The position numbers were made by a program, and so were the translations under genes. A stretch of 64,000 nt of DNA from Candidatus Woesearchaeota archaeon (lineage in GTDB: Archaea > Nanobdellota > Nanobdellia > Woesearchaeales > JAAOYA01), in the NCBI GenBank assembly GCA_018221105.1, contig JAAOYA010000010.1, positions 145,678-209,677 of the forward strand, in the 5' to 3' direction. The notes beneath the pieces were generated by a model. It was not told where the DNA came from. It saw only the letters and a list, made by a program, of their open reading frames with translations, and searched no databases. Below are positions 9,071 to 20,049 of the stretch, in pieces (the first letter of the stretch is position 1; each line of letters starts with the position of its first letter).

Positions 9071-10369
9071 TTATTCTAAGAAGTTTTCAACATACTCTGA
9101 ACGTTCACTTATCTCGCCGCGCAAATTCTTCAAAATTAGTTCTTTTGTTTCTTTTTTGTTATAGTTTGATAGTAGCCATGCTAGTTTTACAAATGTTGTT
9201 TCTATTGTCATGTCATTGCCGCCGGCCAAGACGCCTATTTGTTTTTGTCGTACTTGGTTTTCGTACACGTGGTCGTGCAATCGGCCAAAGATTGTTTGCG
9301 GCGCTAACACTATAATTAAACCGTCAGAGATTAATTTTTTTAAAGAATTATAGATTTTGGTGTTTTCTTTTGTAAAACCATCAAATTCTGCTACTGAGAG
9401 ATTGCCAAGTCCTGTTGCTGCTATTACTAAACCATCAAAATTTTTGTAAAACTCAACCTCAACAGCTGACATGTTTGGGTGTTGGTATAATATTCCAATT
9501 TTTATTTTTGGATTGAATAATTTAACACTGATTTTGCCAGCAGCTTTTTTTGGAAGATTTTTTTCAAGCCACTTAATATTGTTTGCCTTATAGTTAACTA
9601 ATGCCAATGCTTTACCGTTGACTGCCATAAAAGCGTCACGCCTACTAGAGTGTAATTTGCGACATTTTAGTGCAGGCAGTATTACTGCTTCGTTATCGTT
9701 TGATGTGCTATGCATGCATACTGCAACACTTCCAAAGCCTGAATTGGCTGCAAAGTACACTGCGTTAATCAGGTTTAGTGCTGCGTCACTACTGCCACGA
9801 TCACTACTTCTTTGCGCTGCAGTCAATATTACTGGTTTTGACAAGCCTTCAATCATAAAACTTAGCGCTGCACTGCTATAATGTAGTGTGTCTGTGCCGT
9901 GTGTTATTATCACGCCGTCAACTCCACTATCAAATTCTTTTTTTACTTCTTTTGCAATGATGTTATAATGATCGAATCGAATGTTTTCGCTTAACATGTT
10001 AGAAACCAAGCGACTTTTTAAGTTTGCAATTTTGTTTAATTCTGGAAACATACTTATTAATTCTTCTGGGTTGAATTGCGCGCTTACAGCTCCTGTATTA
10101 TAATCAACTTTTGATGCAATGGTGCCGCCTGTATGCAATATGCTAATTGTTGGCAGTTTTTTGTTAATCATTGTTTTAGAAACTTTTTTCTTCAACCCTG
10201 ATAATTTTTTTAATACTTCTATTTTTTTAATGTTTTTTTTGTCAATTCCTATATTATAACCGTTAGAAAGCTTTACAAATACTGCTCCAGAAGATTCTGG
10301 CATTAATACTCCTTCTACAATATCAGTAGAAGTTATTATCCTAACAAGATTTCCTGGTTTTGTGCTCAT
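9071..10369 (-). CDS. gatD: Glu-tRNA(Gln) amidotransferase subunit D (GatD)
   Basis: N-terminal GatD-specific domain (...GVLMPESSGAVFVKLSNGYNIGIDKKNIKKIEVL) followed by an asparaginase domain with ILHTGGTIAS and HGTDT motifs; 432 aa. Confidence 0.8.
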   Translation of the reverse strand: MSTKPGNLVRIITSTDIVEGVLMPESSGAVFVKLSNGYNIGIDKKNIKKIEVLKKLSGLKKKVSKTMINKKLPTISILHTGGTIASKVDYNTGAVSAQFNPEELISMFPELNKIANLKSRLVSNMLSENIRFDHYNIIAKEVKKEFDSGVDGVIITHGTDTLHYSSAALSFMIEGLSKPVILTAAQRSSDRGSSDAALNLINAVYFAANSGFGSVAVCMHSTSNDNEAVILPALKCRKLHSSRRDAFMAVNGKALALVNYKANNIKWLEKNLPKKAAGKISVKLFNPKIKIGILYQHPNMSAVEVEFYKNFDGLVIAATGLGNLSVAEFDGFTKENTKIYNSLKKLISDGLIIVLAPQTIFGRLHDHVYENQVRQKQIGVLAGGNDMTIETTFVKLAWLLSNYNKKETKELILKNLRGEISERSEYVENFLE

Positions 10370-10403
10370 GTAGAATTAACTTGGGGCTTGCTTTTTTTAA
10401 AGT

Positions 10404-12680
10404 TTACCCGAAATATGCTGGTTTTGCTTTTTCTAGTTCTTTGCCGCGCGCTTGAGTGAAATGTTTTTGTATGTCTTCGTATGCTTTTTCTATCTCTTTG
10501 GTGACTGATGGGCGTACTTTTTGTAGTGCTTTTTCAAAGTGTTCGTGGGTTACTTCTTTGGCTTTGATATCCTCGCGAAGTGCCAGTATTGCTGCTTCGC
10601 GACATATTGCTTCTATGTCTGCTCCAGCGTAGCCTTCTGTCTTATCTACTAATTCTTTTAATGTAACGTTTTTTAATGGCATGTTTTTTGTGTGTACTTT
10701 GAATATTTTTTCACGACTTTTAACATCAGGCACAGGCACTAATATTATGCGATCGAAACGTCCAGGGCGCAGCAGTGCCGTGTCTAGCATGTCTGGTCTG
10801 TTAGTTGCTCCTAAAAATACTACGTCTTTTAGTGTTTCTAGACCGTCCATTTCTGTTAGTATTTGGTTGACGACACGCTCGGATACTTTTGCATCAGATG
10901 ACATTCCGCGCCTTGGCGCTAAACTATCAATTTCGTCAAAAAATATTATTGTTGGACTTGTTTGTCGTGCTTTGTCAAAGATTTTGCGAACAGCCCTTTC
11001 ACTTTCACCGACCCATTTTGATAATAATTCTGGTCCTTTGACCAAAATAAAGTTTGCATCACTTTCTTTTGCTACTGCTTTTGCCAGCATTGTCTTGCCT
11101 GTTCCCGGAGGACCATACAATAATATTCCTCTTGGCGGGTTTACGCCTAGTTTTTTGAAACTTTCAGGGTGTTGCAATGGCCATTCTACTGCTTCTTTTA
11201 ATTCTTGTTTTACGCCTTCAAGTCCTCCAACATCATCCCAACTAACAGTTGGTTTTTCTATTAGTACTTCACGCAAAGCTGATGGCCTAACTGTTTTTAG
11301 TGCTTCATCAAAATCTTTTTGTGATATTCTTAATTTTTCTAGTGTTTCTTTTGGTACTGGTTCTGCTTCTTTTAATTTTAATTCTGGCATAATTTTGCGC
11401 AATACTATCATAGCACTTTCTTTAGCTAGCGATTCCAGGTCTGCCCCCACAAAACCATGTGTTACACCGGCTAGTTTTTCTAAGTTTACGTCTTTGTCAA
11501 GTGGCATGTTTCGAGTGTGAATTTTTAAGATATTCAGGCGACCTTCTTTTTTTGGAACTCCAATTTCTATTTCACGATCAAATCGTCCAGGCCTACGCAG
11601 TGCTGGGTCTAACTCGTTTGGAATGTTTGTTGCTGCGATTACTACAACTTTACCACGACTTTTCAGACCGTCCATTGTAGCAAGTAATTGTGCTACAACT
11701 CGACGCTCAACTTCTCCTTTGCTTTCTTCGCGTTTTGGCGCTATAGCATCTATTTCATCAATGAATATTATTGAAGGAGCATTCTTTTCTGCATCTTCAA
11801 ACTTTTTTCGCAGGTTTGCTTCTGATTGACCGTAGAACTTGCTCATTATTTCAGGGCCATTAATCAAGATGAAATTTGACTGAGTCTCGTTGGCTACTGC
11901 TTTTGCCAGTAATGTTTTTCCTGTTCCAGGACTACCATGCAAAAGAACTCCTTTTGGCGGTTCAATGCCTAATCGCTCGAAGATTTCAGGGTACTTCAAA
12001 GGTAATTCTACCATTTCACGAACTTTTTTTATTTCTTCATCAAGACCTCCAATGTCCTCGTAAGCTACTTCTAATACTTGTTTTTCGCTAACCTCTACCG
12101 CTTCAGGGTTAAAGACAACATCTGTCAGGTCTGTGACTATTACTGGTTCTCCTTTAGGAGTCGAATCTACTACTATGAATTTAAGGTCTCCAAGGCCAAA
12201 ATTGACTGTTGTCTCATCAAGTAAATTAAAAATGTCTGGAAATAGGTTTTCACTAAGACTAGTTCTGCGACGTCTTGTGCCGCCAAGCGATACAACATCA
12301 CCTTTTAGCATTGCACGACCTAACAATCCCTGCTTAAAAAGATTTGGAGGAGCACGTATCATTAGTCCTTTTCGTGCTGGCGCAATAATGACTTTTTTTG
12401 CTTCTTTGATTTCTGCCTTTTTTACAGTCACTAATTCACTAATACCAGTTTTCGCGTTTCGACGTGTCAAACCGTCCATTCGAACAATATTCAATCCTAT
12501 GTCGCCAGGGTATGCCCTGTCAGCGATTGCTACTGTTGGCCTCTCACCAGATATTTCAACTATTTCGCCAGGCCTAACGCCTATTTCGTGCATGAAAGTA
12601 CTATCTATTCTGACGATTCCCTTGTTTATATCGTCTTGTATAGCTTCTGTTACTTTTAATCTAATAACTTTTTGTGTCAA
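10404..12680 (-). CDS. cdc48: CDC48/VCP-like AAA+ ATPase
   Basis: N-domain plus two AAA modules ([15 protein letters not shown]; [15 protein letters not shown]); second-region homology; 758 aa. Confidence 0.92.
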   Translation of the reverse strand: MTQKVIRLKVTEAIQDDINKGIVRIDSTFMHEIGVRPGEIVEISGERPTVAIADRAYPGDIGLNIVRMDGLTRRNAKTGISELVTVKKAEIKEAKKVIIAPARKGLMIRAPPNLFKQGLLGRAMLKGDVVSLGGTRRRRTSLSENLFPDIFNLLDETTVNFGLGDLKFIVVDSTPKGEPVIVTDLTDVVFNPEAVEVSEKQVLEVAYEDIGGLDEEIKKVREMVELPLKYPEIFERLGIEPPKGVLLHGSPGTGKTLLAKAVANETQSNFILINGPEIMSKFYGQSEANLRKKFEDAEKNAPSIIFIDEIDAIAPKREESKGEVERRVVAQLLATMDGLKSRGKVVVIAATNIPNELDPALRRPGRFDREIEIGVPKKEGRLNILKIHTRNMPLDKDVNLEKLAGVTHGFVGADLESLAKESAMIVLRKIMPELKLKEAEPVPKETLEKLRISQKDFDEALKTVRPSALREVLIEKPTVSWDDVGGLEGVKQELKEAVEWPLQHPESFKKLGVNPPRGILLYGPPGTGKTMLAKAVAKESDANFILVKGPELLSKWVGESERAVRKIFDKARQTSPTIIFFDEIDSLAPRRGMSSDAKVSERVVNQILTEMDGLETLKDVVFLGATNRPDMLDTALLRPGRFDRIILVPVPDVKSREKIFKVHTKNMPLKNVTLKELVDKTEGYAGADIEAICREAAILALREDIKAKEVTHEHFEKALQKVRPSVTKEIEKAYEDIQKHFTQARGKELEKAKPAYFG

Positions 12681-12699
12681 AGTATTCCCCCAACTGTTT

Positions 12700-13107
12700 T
12701 TAGGTTGTTTTTACTTTTGGAAATTGTATTGGTGGTGGCAGGTTTAAATCACGAGATAAAATAATCGCTTGTATTTCTGCTTTTAACAATACTGCATTGA
12801 AAATTTTTTGCATTATTTCACTATCTACCTTTTTGTCTTTTTCCCACTTTTTTATTATGTCTTTTGTGGTTTTAGAGTCTGCAAGGTATAATAGTTCGCC
12901 GCCTAACGTGATATTGCCAATTTTTGGAGTGTAGTCTAATGTGTATTCAAAGTGAAATTTTAAACCGTCTTGTTTTGAACTTCCAAGTTCAACGTCAGTT
13001 TTTTCTACTTTGTTAACTCCAACGTTTTTTTTGATGTTGACCTTTTGTGTCATTGGCCCTTTCTTTTCTGCTTTTATAGTTGTAAAGTTAAATCCTATTA
13101 CTGTCAT
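12700..13107 (-). CDS. hypothetical protein (upstream of cdc48)
   Basis: 135-aa ORF, 20 nt from the cdc48 start. Confidence 0.4.
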   Translation of the reverse strand: MTVIGFNFTTIKAEKKGPMTQKVNIKKNVGVNKVEKTDVELGSSKQDGLKFHFEYTLDYTPKIGNITLGGELLYLADSKTTKDIIKKWEKDKKVDSEIMQKIFNAVLLKAEIQAIILSRDLNLPPPIQFPKVKTT

Positions 13108-13373
13108 GGTATTATCACCTGAAACGCTCTAATTCCGAACTATATATAAATTTTACTCATTTTAGCAACCATTGCTTTTATAAATAAAACTGTTTTCTCG
13201 ACTAATCACAATGGTGGAAAAAACACTTGAAGAACTAAGTTCTATGGGATTTGAACCTTTTGAAGTAAGTTATGCTGGTTATTCTTGGTTTAAACGTGAA
13301 GAAAATGTCATTTTCGCAACTGAAATTAGTAAAGGCATCTATGACATTCACAACTATGAAAAATTACGACAAG

Positions 13374-14306
13374 ATGAAGCATAAGAAAGTAGAACAGGTA
13401 AACCTGAAAAAGGATATGACTGTTAATCAATTGGTTAAAGAGTTTGAAAATAGTGGTGTGATGGGGGCTGGTCGCATTGCAAGAGCCGCAAATATTTCTC
13501 AGAACATGATACAAGACACTGATTGTAAGGTTTTTTTGGGTTTTGCTGGTGCAATGGTACCTGGCGGCATGAAAAATGTTATTATTGAAATGTTAAAAAA
13601 CGGTTGGATTGACGTTTTCGTGACAACTGGCGCTAACCTGACTCATGACTTGGTAGAAGCACTTGGCTATAATCATTATCAAGGAAATTGCAATGCAGAT
13701 GATAAAAAATTGCACGAAGAACAAGTTGACAGGATTTATGACTCTTACATGCCAAACAATGTCTACGTCGGACTAGAAAAATTCTTTCAACAACATTGGG
13801 AAAAATTATCAGAAAATAAGATGAATATTAGAGAATTCTTACACAAACTAGGAAGCCTGGTAGAGGACAAAAACAGCATTTTACGCGTTTGCCACGATAA
13901 TAATATTCCAATATTTTGTCCTGCAATAAGTGACAGTGGAATTGGATTGATGGTTTGGGGACAATTAGCAAAAGGCAAAAAAATAAGTGTTGGAGCATTT
14001 GATGATTTATTAGAAATACTTGATACTGCTTGGACTGCAAAAAAAACAGGTGTGATATATGTTGGCGGCGGAGTGCCAAAAAATTATATTCAACAAGCAA
14101 TGCAATTCAGCCCAAAAAGCGCAGAGTACGGAGTTCAAATCACAATGGACAGACCAGAACCAGGAGGCAGTAGTGGAGCAGAATTGCGTGAAAGTATTAG
14201 TTGGGGCAAACTAAACAGTGAAGCAAAATTTGTTGATGTCATAAGTGACGCCACAATTGCACTGCCATTAATTGTTGCAGCCATCAAAAGCAGAATTTCT
14301 TTATAA
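13374..14306 (+). CDS. dys: deoxyhypusine synthase
   Basis: GAMVPGGMKNVIIEMLKNGWIDVFVTTGANLTHDLVEALG and the C-terminal DHS fold. The ORF opens at 13272, but conserved sequence begins near the in-frame ATG at 13374. Confidence 0.85.
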   Translation: MKHKKVEQVNLKKDMTVNQLVKEFENSGVMGAGRIARAANISQNMIQDTDCKVFLGFAGAMVPGGMKNVIIEMLKNGWIDVFVTTGANLTHDLVEALGYNHYQGNCNADDKKLHEEQVDRIYDSYMPNNVYVGLEKFFQQHWEKLSENKMNIREFLHKLGSLVEDKNSILRVCHDNNIPIFCPAISDSGIGLMVWGQLAKGKKISVGAFDDLLEILDTAWTAKKTGVIYVGGGVPKNYIQQAMQFSPKSAEYGVQITMDRPEPGGSSGAELRESISWGKLNSEAKFVDVISDATIALPLIVAAIKSRISL

Positions 14307-15000
14307 TTTCAATTCCTAAACTAACAGTTTTGCCATCAACGTCCTTTTCAGGGTTTATTTCTACCAAGTCAATTATTGCAGCCCTGCCAATTAACGGCTC
14401 TATTAACTCAAAAAACTTAACTTTACTAAAACCATTAGGTTCGAGGTGTCCGGTGCCGGGCGCAAGACTAGGGTCTATCACGTCAATGTCAATACTAACA
14501 TAAAGAATTTCATAATTTTTTGCAAATTGTTCAATTTGTTCTTTAACTGCCTCACTAACAGATAAAGTTCTAATTTTTTTAGCTTCTAAGTATTCTTGCT
14601 CCTCATCTGATATGTTGCGAGCGCCAATCAACAAAACATTTTCAGGGTCTAATTCTCCCTCATCAATCAACGCACGCAAGTAATCTTCGTGTGTTGGAGG
14701 ACTAAAATCGCTTTGCAAGTCTGGGTGAGCGTCAAACACTATAAAGCCAACACTATCATGATTGTGCTTTAATCCTTTAAACGCGGGATAAGTTATTGAA
14801 TGATCGCCACCAATCAACATTACTGGCTCGTCAATTAAAGCTATTTTTTGCTCTATAACATCAAAACTTACTTCAACATTAAAATTGTCAACTTGCAATA
14901 TTTCAACATCTAACTCTTCTACAATAACTGAAGGCATATTCTGACAACCTTCATTTTTTGATAGTGTTCCACCGCCAAAGGGCACTCCTATTAATTTCAT
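14284..15000 (-). CDS. speB: arginase-family enzyme, probably agmatinase
   Basis: Mn-binding motifs GGDHSITY, FDAHPDL and SIDIDVIDP; 238 aa. Confidence 0.8.
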   Translation of the reverse strand: MKLIGVPFGGGTLSKNEGCQNMPSVIVEELDVEILQVDNFNVEVSFDVIEQKIALIDEPVMLIGGDHSITYPAFKGLKHNHDSVGFIVFDAHPDLQSDFSPPTHEDYLRALIDEGELDPENVLLIGARNISDEEQEYLEAKKIRTLSVSEAVKEQIEQFAKNYEILYVSIDIDVIDPSLAPGTGHLEPNGFSKVKFFELIEPLIGRAAIIDLVEINPEKDVDGKTVSLGIEIIKKFCF

Positions 15001-15125
15001 AAAAACTAGCGATTAATACTTTTTTATTAAGGTTTTGGACGAAAACTATATAACTGACCTAATACCATATATATGTAGGAACTCGCATAGTAATTTCAGG
15101 GGAAAACTTACAGAGTTGAAACAAT

Positions 15126-15620
15126 ATGCCACCACTGGCACGAGAACTCGAAGACGAAAGCGATCATAGGTCTGCTTTAGCAGCGATTGTTAGCGCAGAA
15201 TACTTAGAGCGTTTTGAAAAAGAACAACTTGTTCGCACAGAAAAAGAAGTTGAAGCAGTAAATTACGTTCTAGGCTTTATTGACAATCATTATTCTACAC
15301 TGATTAAACTTTTAGAGTTACATGAGTCAATGCCTGATTTCGAAGATAGATTATTTGAAGGCACAATAAAACAATTATCAAATTTTGTTGGCAGGGCACG
15401 CTATCAATACCTTGATGACGCTTTAGGAATTCACAGCACAGAATTAATAGAAAATCGCAGTTATATAGAAGATCATGTAGATTTTATAATACCAGACCAT
15501 AATAAAAAAAATAATGGTGTGGCAAAATATATTCTAAGCGAACAAGGACAAGAAGCTTACGAAACTTTAGAAAATTCTAATTTAATAACAAAAACTATTG
15601 GCCCTCGACTGCCTTATTAA
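15126..15620 (+). CDS. hypothetical protein
   Basis: 164-aa acidic protein. Confidence 0.4.
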   Translation: MPPLARELEDESDHRSALAAIVSAEYLERFEKEQLVRTEKEVEAVNYVLGFIDNHYSTLIKLLELHESMPDFEDRLFEGTIKQLSNFVGRARYQYLDDALGIHSTELIENRSYIEDHVDFIIPDHNKKNNGVAKYILSEQGQEAYETLENSNLITKTIGPRLPY

Positions 15621-15666
15621 TTCTAGCAAAAGCTTTTTATTTAACTTAATTTGATAACCTCTCACG

Positions 15667-16059
15667 ATGAGTGAACCAGCATATTTAGGATCAATAGCAC
15701 AACAACGATTAACAACTATTAATACTCAAAGAGAAAAAGAACAAAATGATGTTGCTCTAGCAGCACAAATCATCACCGATTATTGGCCAGAAATTAAAGA
15801 TGCAATACGACTAGTAGCTTCTGATGAGCAAACACAACAAGATTATTTGCTTCAAGATACTATTAGCATGGTTAAGCGAATAAGAAGCTATTCAATGAAA
15901 CCTATAGATAACCATAGAGAACTCATAGAGCGCAAAAAAGATGATAGTTGTCCTGAAGGAAGATTAGAACTTACTGACTTATTAGTTTTTGATAGGGGTT
16001 GTCCAATAAGAGTTCCAACAAAAAAAGGTTTGAAAGCTATTGATTGTGAACCCAAATAA
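15667..16059 (+). CDS. hypothetical protein
   Basis: 130-aa ORF. Confidence 0.4.
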   Translation: MSEPAYLGSIAQQRLTTINTQREKEQNDVALAAQIITDYWPEIKDAIRLVASDEQTQQDYLLQDTISMVKRIRSYSMKPIDNHRELIERKKDDSCPEGRLELTDLLVFDRGCPIRVPTKKGLKAIDCEPK

Positions 16060-16108
16060 ATTCTAGAATAACTTATTTTTTGTAGAAACATTTTTATAAA
16101 AAAATTCA

Positions 16109-16879
16109 TTGTTAATTCTTATGTGGACCATAAAAGAAGTAAAAAAACTATCGAACTTAAAAAATCCTGTTTTTGTTGAAGGAATGCCTGGAATTGGAAA
16201 TGTTGGAAAAATTGTTACTGATTTTCTAATACAAGAATTAAAAGCAGAACTAACAGCGACTTTTCACTCTGACAGCTTGCCAAACGCTGTTTATGTAAAA
16301 GAAGACAATCTGGTCTCTTTGCCAAAGATTGAATTATATCATAGAAAACTAAAAAGTCAAGACTTACTAATACTAACAGGCGATGTTCAACCAAGCGAAG
16401 AGAGTGCTAGTTGGCAGTTCTGTCAAAAAGTACTAGATTACTTAAAAACTCATAAAGTTGATACTATTATCACAACAGGCGGCATTGGACTTGTAGAAGA
16501 GCCAAAAAAACCAATAGTTTACATCACTGGAAACAACAAGGAGTTCATCAAGAATTTCAAAAAAGACACAGAGCTCAACGATAAAATTTATGGTATTGTA
16601 GGACCAGTAATTGGGGCTGCAGGCCTATTAGTTGGAATGGCCGGCAAAAAAAAGGCTATTGCATTACTTGCTCAAACACTAGCGCACCCAACTTATTTGG
16701 GAATGGCAGGGGCTAGTCAAATCATTAAAACACTCAATAAAAAATATTCCTTAGAGGTTGATACTAAAAAATTAGAGCGTGAAATAGAAAAGTTCAATAA
16801 AGAATTAAAAGAAAAAACTATTAAACTACAAAAAAAGGCTAATGTTGTAGAAGAACAAAGCACTAATTATATTGGATGA
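16109..16879 (+). CDS. PAC2-family proteasome assembly chaperone (PbaA/B-like)
   Basis: N-terminal VEGMPGIGNVGKIVTDFL motif and overall PAC2 architecture. Confidence 0.65.
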   Translation: MLILMWTIKEVKKLSNLKNPVFVEGMPGIGNVGKIVTDFLIQELKAELTATFHSDSLPNAVYVKEDNLVSLPKIELYHRKLKSQDLLILTGDVQPSEESASWQFCQKVLDYLKTHKVDTIITTGGIGLVEEPKKPIVYITGNNKEFIKNFKKDTELNDKIYGIVGPVIGAAGLLVGMAGKKKAIALLAQTLAHPTYLGMAGASQIIKTLNKKYSLEVDTKKLEREIEKFNKELKEKTIKLQKKANVVEEQSTNYIG

Positions 16880-18129
16880 AAATGAAAATAACAAAAATTA
16901 CTGGTCGAATGATATTAGACTCAAGAGCTAATCCCACACTAGAGTGCGATGTTATAACACAAAAAGGCATTTTTGGACGTGCTGCCACTCCAAGTGGCGC
17001 ATCAAAAGGAAAGTTTGAAGCGTACGAGCTAAGAGATAACAAAAAAGCTTTTGGTGGTTTAGGAGTAAGTCAAGCACTAAAAAACTTCAAGAAAATCGAA
17101 CAAGTACTAATAGGTGTTGATGTTGCAGACCAACAACAAATTGATCAGTTAATGTTAACACTTGATGGCAGTCCAAGAAAAGAACGATTAGGAGCTAACA
17201 CTATTTTGGCTGTTAGCATGGCATCAACAAGAGCAGCAGCAAAAGAAAAAAACCTAACATTATACGAGTACTTAGCAAAAATCTCAAATAATAAAAAATT
17301 TCAACTTCCAATACCATTTGCTAACGTGTTAAACGGCGGGCGTCACGCTGGCAACAAACTAGCAATGCAAGAGTTCATGATAGCCCCAATCAAAGCTAAA
17401 AGTTTTTCTCAAGCAACTCAAATGATTAGTGAAACTTACAACACACTTAAAAAAATGTTATCTGATCGTTTTGGCAAAGCTGCCGTAGCTTTAGGTGATG
17501 AAGGAGGTTTTGCGCCCCCAATTGAAAGGGCAGAGCAAGCACTAGATTTTTTAACAAAAGCAATAAAGACTGCTGGTTACAAAAACAAAGTCATGATTGC
17601 AATAGATGTTGCCGCTAGTGAAACTTACAAGGGAGGACTTTATAACTTGCACAAGACAATGACTCAAGATGAACTAGCAGAATACTATTTTGATCTTATC
17701 AAACAATATCCAATTATCAGTATTGAAGACCCTTTTGACCAAGAAGATTATGAAAGTTGGAAAGCGTTTACAAAAAACACTAAAATACAAGTTGTTGGTG
17801 ATGACTTGTTAGTGACTAGTCCTTCTCGTATTCAAATGGCAGTTGACAAAAAACTGTGCAACAGTTTACTCTTAAAGATTAATCAGGTTGGCACTATCAG
17901 TGAAAGCTTGACAGCTCACAAGCTGTCACGACAAGCAAAGTGGCACACAATGGTAAGTCATCGCAGTGGTGAAACAGAAGACTCTTACATCAGTGATTTA
18001 GCAGTAGGTATTGGTGCCAAACTTGCAAAAATTGGTGCTCCAGCTCGAAGTGAGAGAACAGCAAAGTATAATCAGTTATTAAGAATTGAAGAAGAGCTTG
18101 GCAAAAAAGCAAGTTTTGCAAAATGGTAA
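16876..18129 (+). CDS. eno: enolase
   Basis: SHRSGETED and the enolase C-terminal barrel; 417 aa. Confidence 0.93.
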   Translation: MKMKITKITGRMILDSRANPTLECDVITQKGIFGRAATPSGASKGKFEAYELRDNKKAFGGLGVSQALKNFKKIEQVLIGVDVADQQQIDQLMLTLDGSPRKERLGANTILAVSMASTRAAAKEKNLTLYEYLAKISNNKKFQLPIPFANVLNGGRHAGNKLAMQEFMIAPIKAKSFSQATQMISETYNTLKKMLSDRFGKAAVALGDEGGFAPPIERAEQALDFLTKAIKTAGYKNKVMIAIDVAASETYKGGLYNLHKTMTQDELAEYYFDLIKQYPIISIEDPFDQEDYESWKAFTKNTKIQVVGDDLLVTSPSRIQMAVDKKLCNSLLLKINQVGTISESLTAHKLSRQAKWHTMVSHRSGETEDSYISDLAVGIGAKLAKIGAPARSERTAKYNQLLRIEEELGKKASFAKW

Positions 18130-19625
18130 TAAAAAAGAGGGTAGCACTGATAATTCTAGATGGTTTTGGAATAAGAAAAGAATCTATTGGTAATGCTGTT
18201 AAAAAAGCTAAGATGCCCTATTATAGGTCACTAGTAAAAAAGTACCCTAACAGCATTAGCAATGCTTCTGGCCCTGCTGTTGGACTGCCAAAAGGCACTA
18301 TTGGCAATAGTGAAGTTGGACACTTGACACTTGGCAGTGGACGATTAATAAAACAAGACCTTGTCAGGATTAATGATTCAATAAAAGATAAAAGTTTTTA
18401 CAAGAATAAAGTATTGCTCAACGCTGCAAAACACGTCAAAAGACACAGTTCTGCCCTGCACTTAATGGGGCTTTTAAGCGATGGTGGAGTGCACTCTCAT
18501 ATTGATCACTTATTCGCACTTTTAGAGTTTGCAAAAATACAAGGATTAAAAAGAGTTTTCATACATGGATTCTTAGACGGTCGTGACGTTCCACCCAAAA
18601 GTGCTGGCAAATACGTAAAAAAATTGTTTGATAAGATGAACAAATTAGAAATTGGAGAATTAGCAACAATACAAGGACGTTATTTTGCAATGGACCGTGA
18701 TAATCGTTGGGACAGAGCAGAAAAAGGCTATACTTGTGTTGTCAACGGCATTGGCCATCAACGCCATGACGCATTGCAAGCAATAAAAGACTCCTACAAA
18801 ATAGGAGTTACTGACGAGTTTTTTATTCCTACAGTTTTGCACACTGAAGCCACAATTGAACCTCACGACTCAGTGATTTTTTTTAATTTTCGCTCTGACA
18901 GAGCCAGGCAACTAACACGTGCTTTTGTTGAAGGCCGTTTTGATAAGTTTCATCGTCCAAAACTAAAAAAAGTACATTTTTACACTTTAACACGTTACTC
19001 TAAAAGTGTTAGGAGACCTGTCGCTTTCAAACCAGAAAAAATCAAGAACACTCTTGGAGAAGTATTATCAAAAAACAAAATCAAGCAATTGCGCTTGGCA
19101 GAAACTGAAAAGTACGCTCACATCACATACTTTTTTAATGGCGGCAAAAGCGACCCTTACAAAAACGAGCATCGAATGCTTGTTAACAGTCCTAAAGTCG
19201 CAACTTACGATTTAAAACCTGAAATGAGCTTAGCACAAGTAGAGAAAAAGTTTTTAGAAAACATTTCAAAGTACGATGTTTTTATTGTAAACTTTGCAAA
19301 TCCTGACATGGTAGGTCACAGTGGCAAAATGATTCCAACTGTTAAAAGCCTCGAATATGTTGATTTATCACTTTCAAAAATTGTTCCAAAACTACTCACT
19401 AAAAATTATGATGTTATAATAACAGCAGATCACGGCAATGCAGAAGAATTAATAGGAGTTCATCAAACAAGCCACACCACTAATCCAGTGCCGCTATTAC
19501 TAATCACCAATAATAAAATAAAACTAAAAAAGAAAGTTTGCGGTGCAAGCGACGTGGCGCCAACAATACTAACAATTTTAAACATCAAAATTCCAAAACA
19601 AATGAGTGGAGAGAGTTTAGTATGA
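18123..19625 (+). CDS. gpmI: 2,3-bisphosphoglycerate-independent phosphoglycerate mutase, bacterial GpmI type
   Basis: ALIILDGFG...NSEVGHLTLGSGR N-terminus and ~500-aa length typical of bacterial iPGM rather than archaeal ApgM. Confidence 0.85.
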   Translation: MVIKKRVALIILDGFGIRKESIGNAVKKAKMPYYRSLVKKYPNSISNASGPAVGLPKGTIGNSEVGHLTLGSGRLIKQDLVRINDSIKDKSFYKNKVLLNAAKHVKRHSSALHLMGLLSDGGVHSHIDHLFALLEFAKIQGLKRVFIHGFLDGRDVPPKSAGKYVKKLFDKMNKLEIGELATIQGRYFAMDRDNRWDRAEKGYTCVVNGIGHQRHDALQAIKDSYKIGVTDEFFIPTVLHTEATIEPHDSVIFFNFRSDRARQLTRAFVEGRFDKFHRPKLKKVHFYTLTRYSKSVRRPVAFKPEKIKNTLGEVLSKNKIKQLRLAETEKYAHITYFFNGGKSDPYKNEHRMLVNSPKVATYDLKPEMSLAQVEKKFLENISKYDVFIVNFANPDMVGHSGKMIPTVKSLEYVDLSLSKIVPKLLTKNYDVIITADHGNAEELIGVHQTSHTTNPVPLLLITNNKIKLKKKVCGASDVAPTILTILNIKIPKQMSGESLV

Positions 19626-20014
19626 ACTACAAAGATTACGGCAACACTGTTGCAATACTAGGGGCTAGTAATAAGCCGGAACGTTTTTCAAACAAAGCTG
19701 TAAAAGCTTTCAAAGAAGAAGGATTTAAAGTTTTTCCCGTAAACCCTAAAGAAGGAAAAATTGAAGACCTTAAATGTTTTAAGAGTTTAGAAGAAATAAA
19801 AGAAAATATTGATATTGTTAGTGTTTACTTAAAACCTGAAATATCAATACAAAAAAATCTTACACAACAAATAACATTGAAAACTCCTAAACTTGTGATT
19901 TTAAACCCTGGCACTAGCAGTATGAATTTTAATCGTCAATTACAAGAAGCAGGCTTGAATTTTGTAATGCAATGCTCAATCAGGGGATTAGGCCACAGCC
20001 CAGAAGAATACTAA
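19622..20014 (+). CDS. CoA-binding domain protein (YccU-like)
   Basis: TVAILGASNKPERFSNKAVKAFKEEGFKVFPVNPK; start chosen at the internal ATG that overlaps the gpmI stop. Confidence 0.55.
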   Translation: MNYKDYGNTVAILGASNKPERFSNKAVKAFKEEGFKVFPVNPKEGKIEDLKCFKSLEEIKENIDIVSVYLKPEISIQKNLTQQITLKTPKLVILNPGTSSMNFNRQLQEAGLNFVMQCSIRGLGHSPEEY

Positions 20015-20049
20015 AACCTTTTAATATAATCAACAAATTCTAAACTAAT

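Noticed and set aside
10681-12747. Five + strand ORFs (10681..11520, 11459..11680, 11623..11829, 11876..12091, 12133..12747)
   Set aside because: All lie antisense within the cdc48 coding region; Ser/Thr/Pro-rich shadow ORFs.
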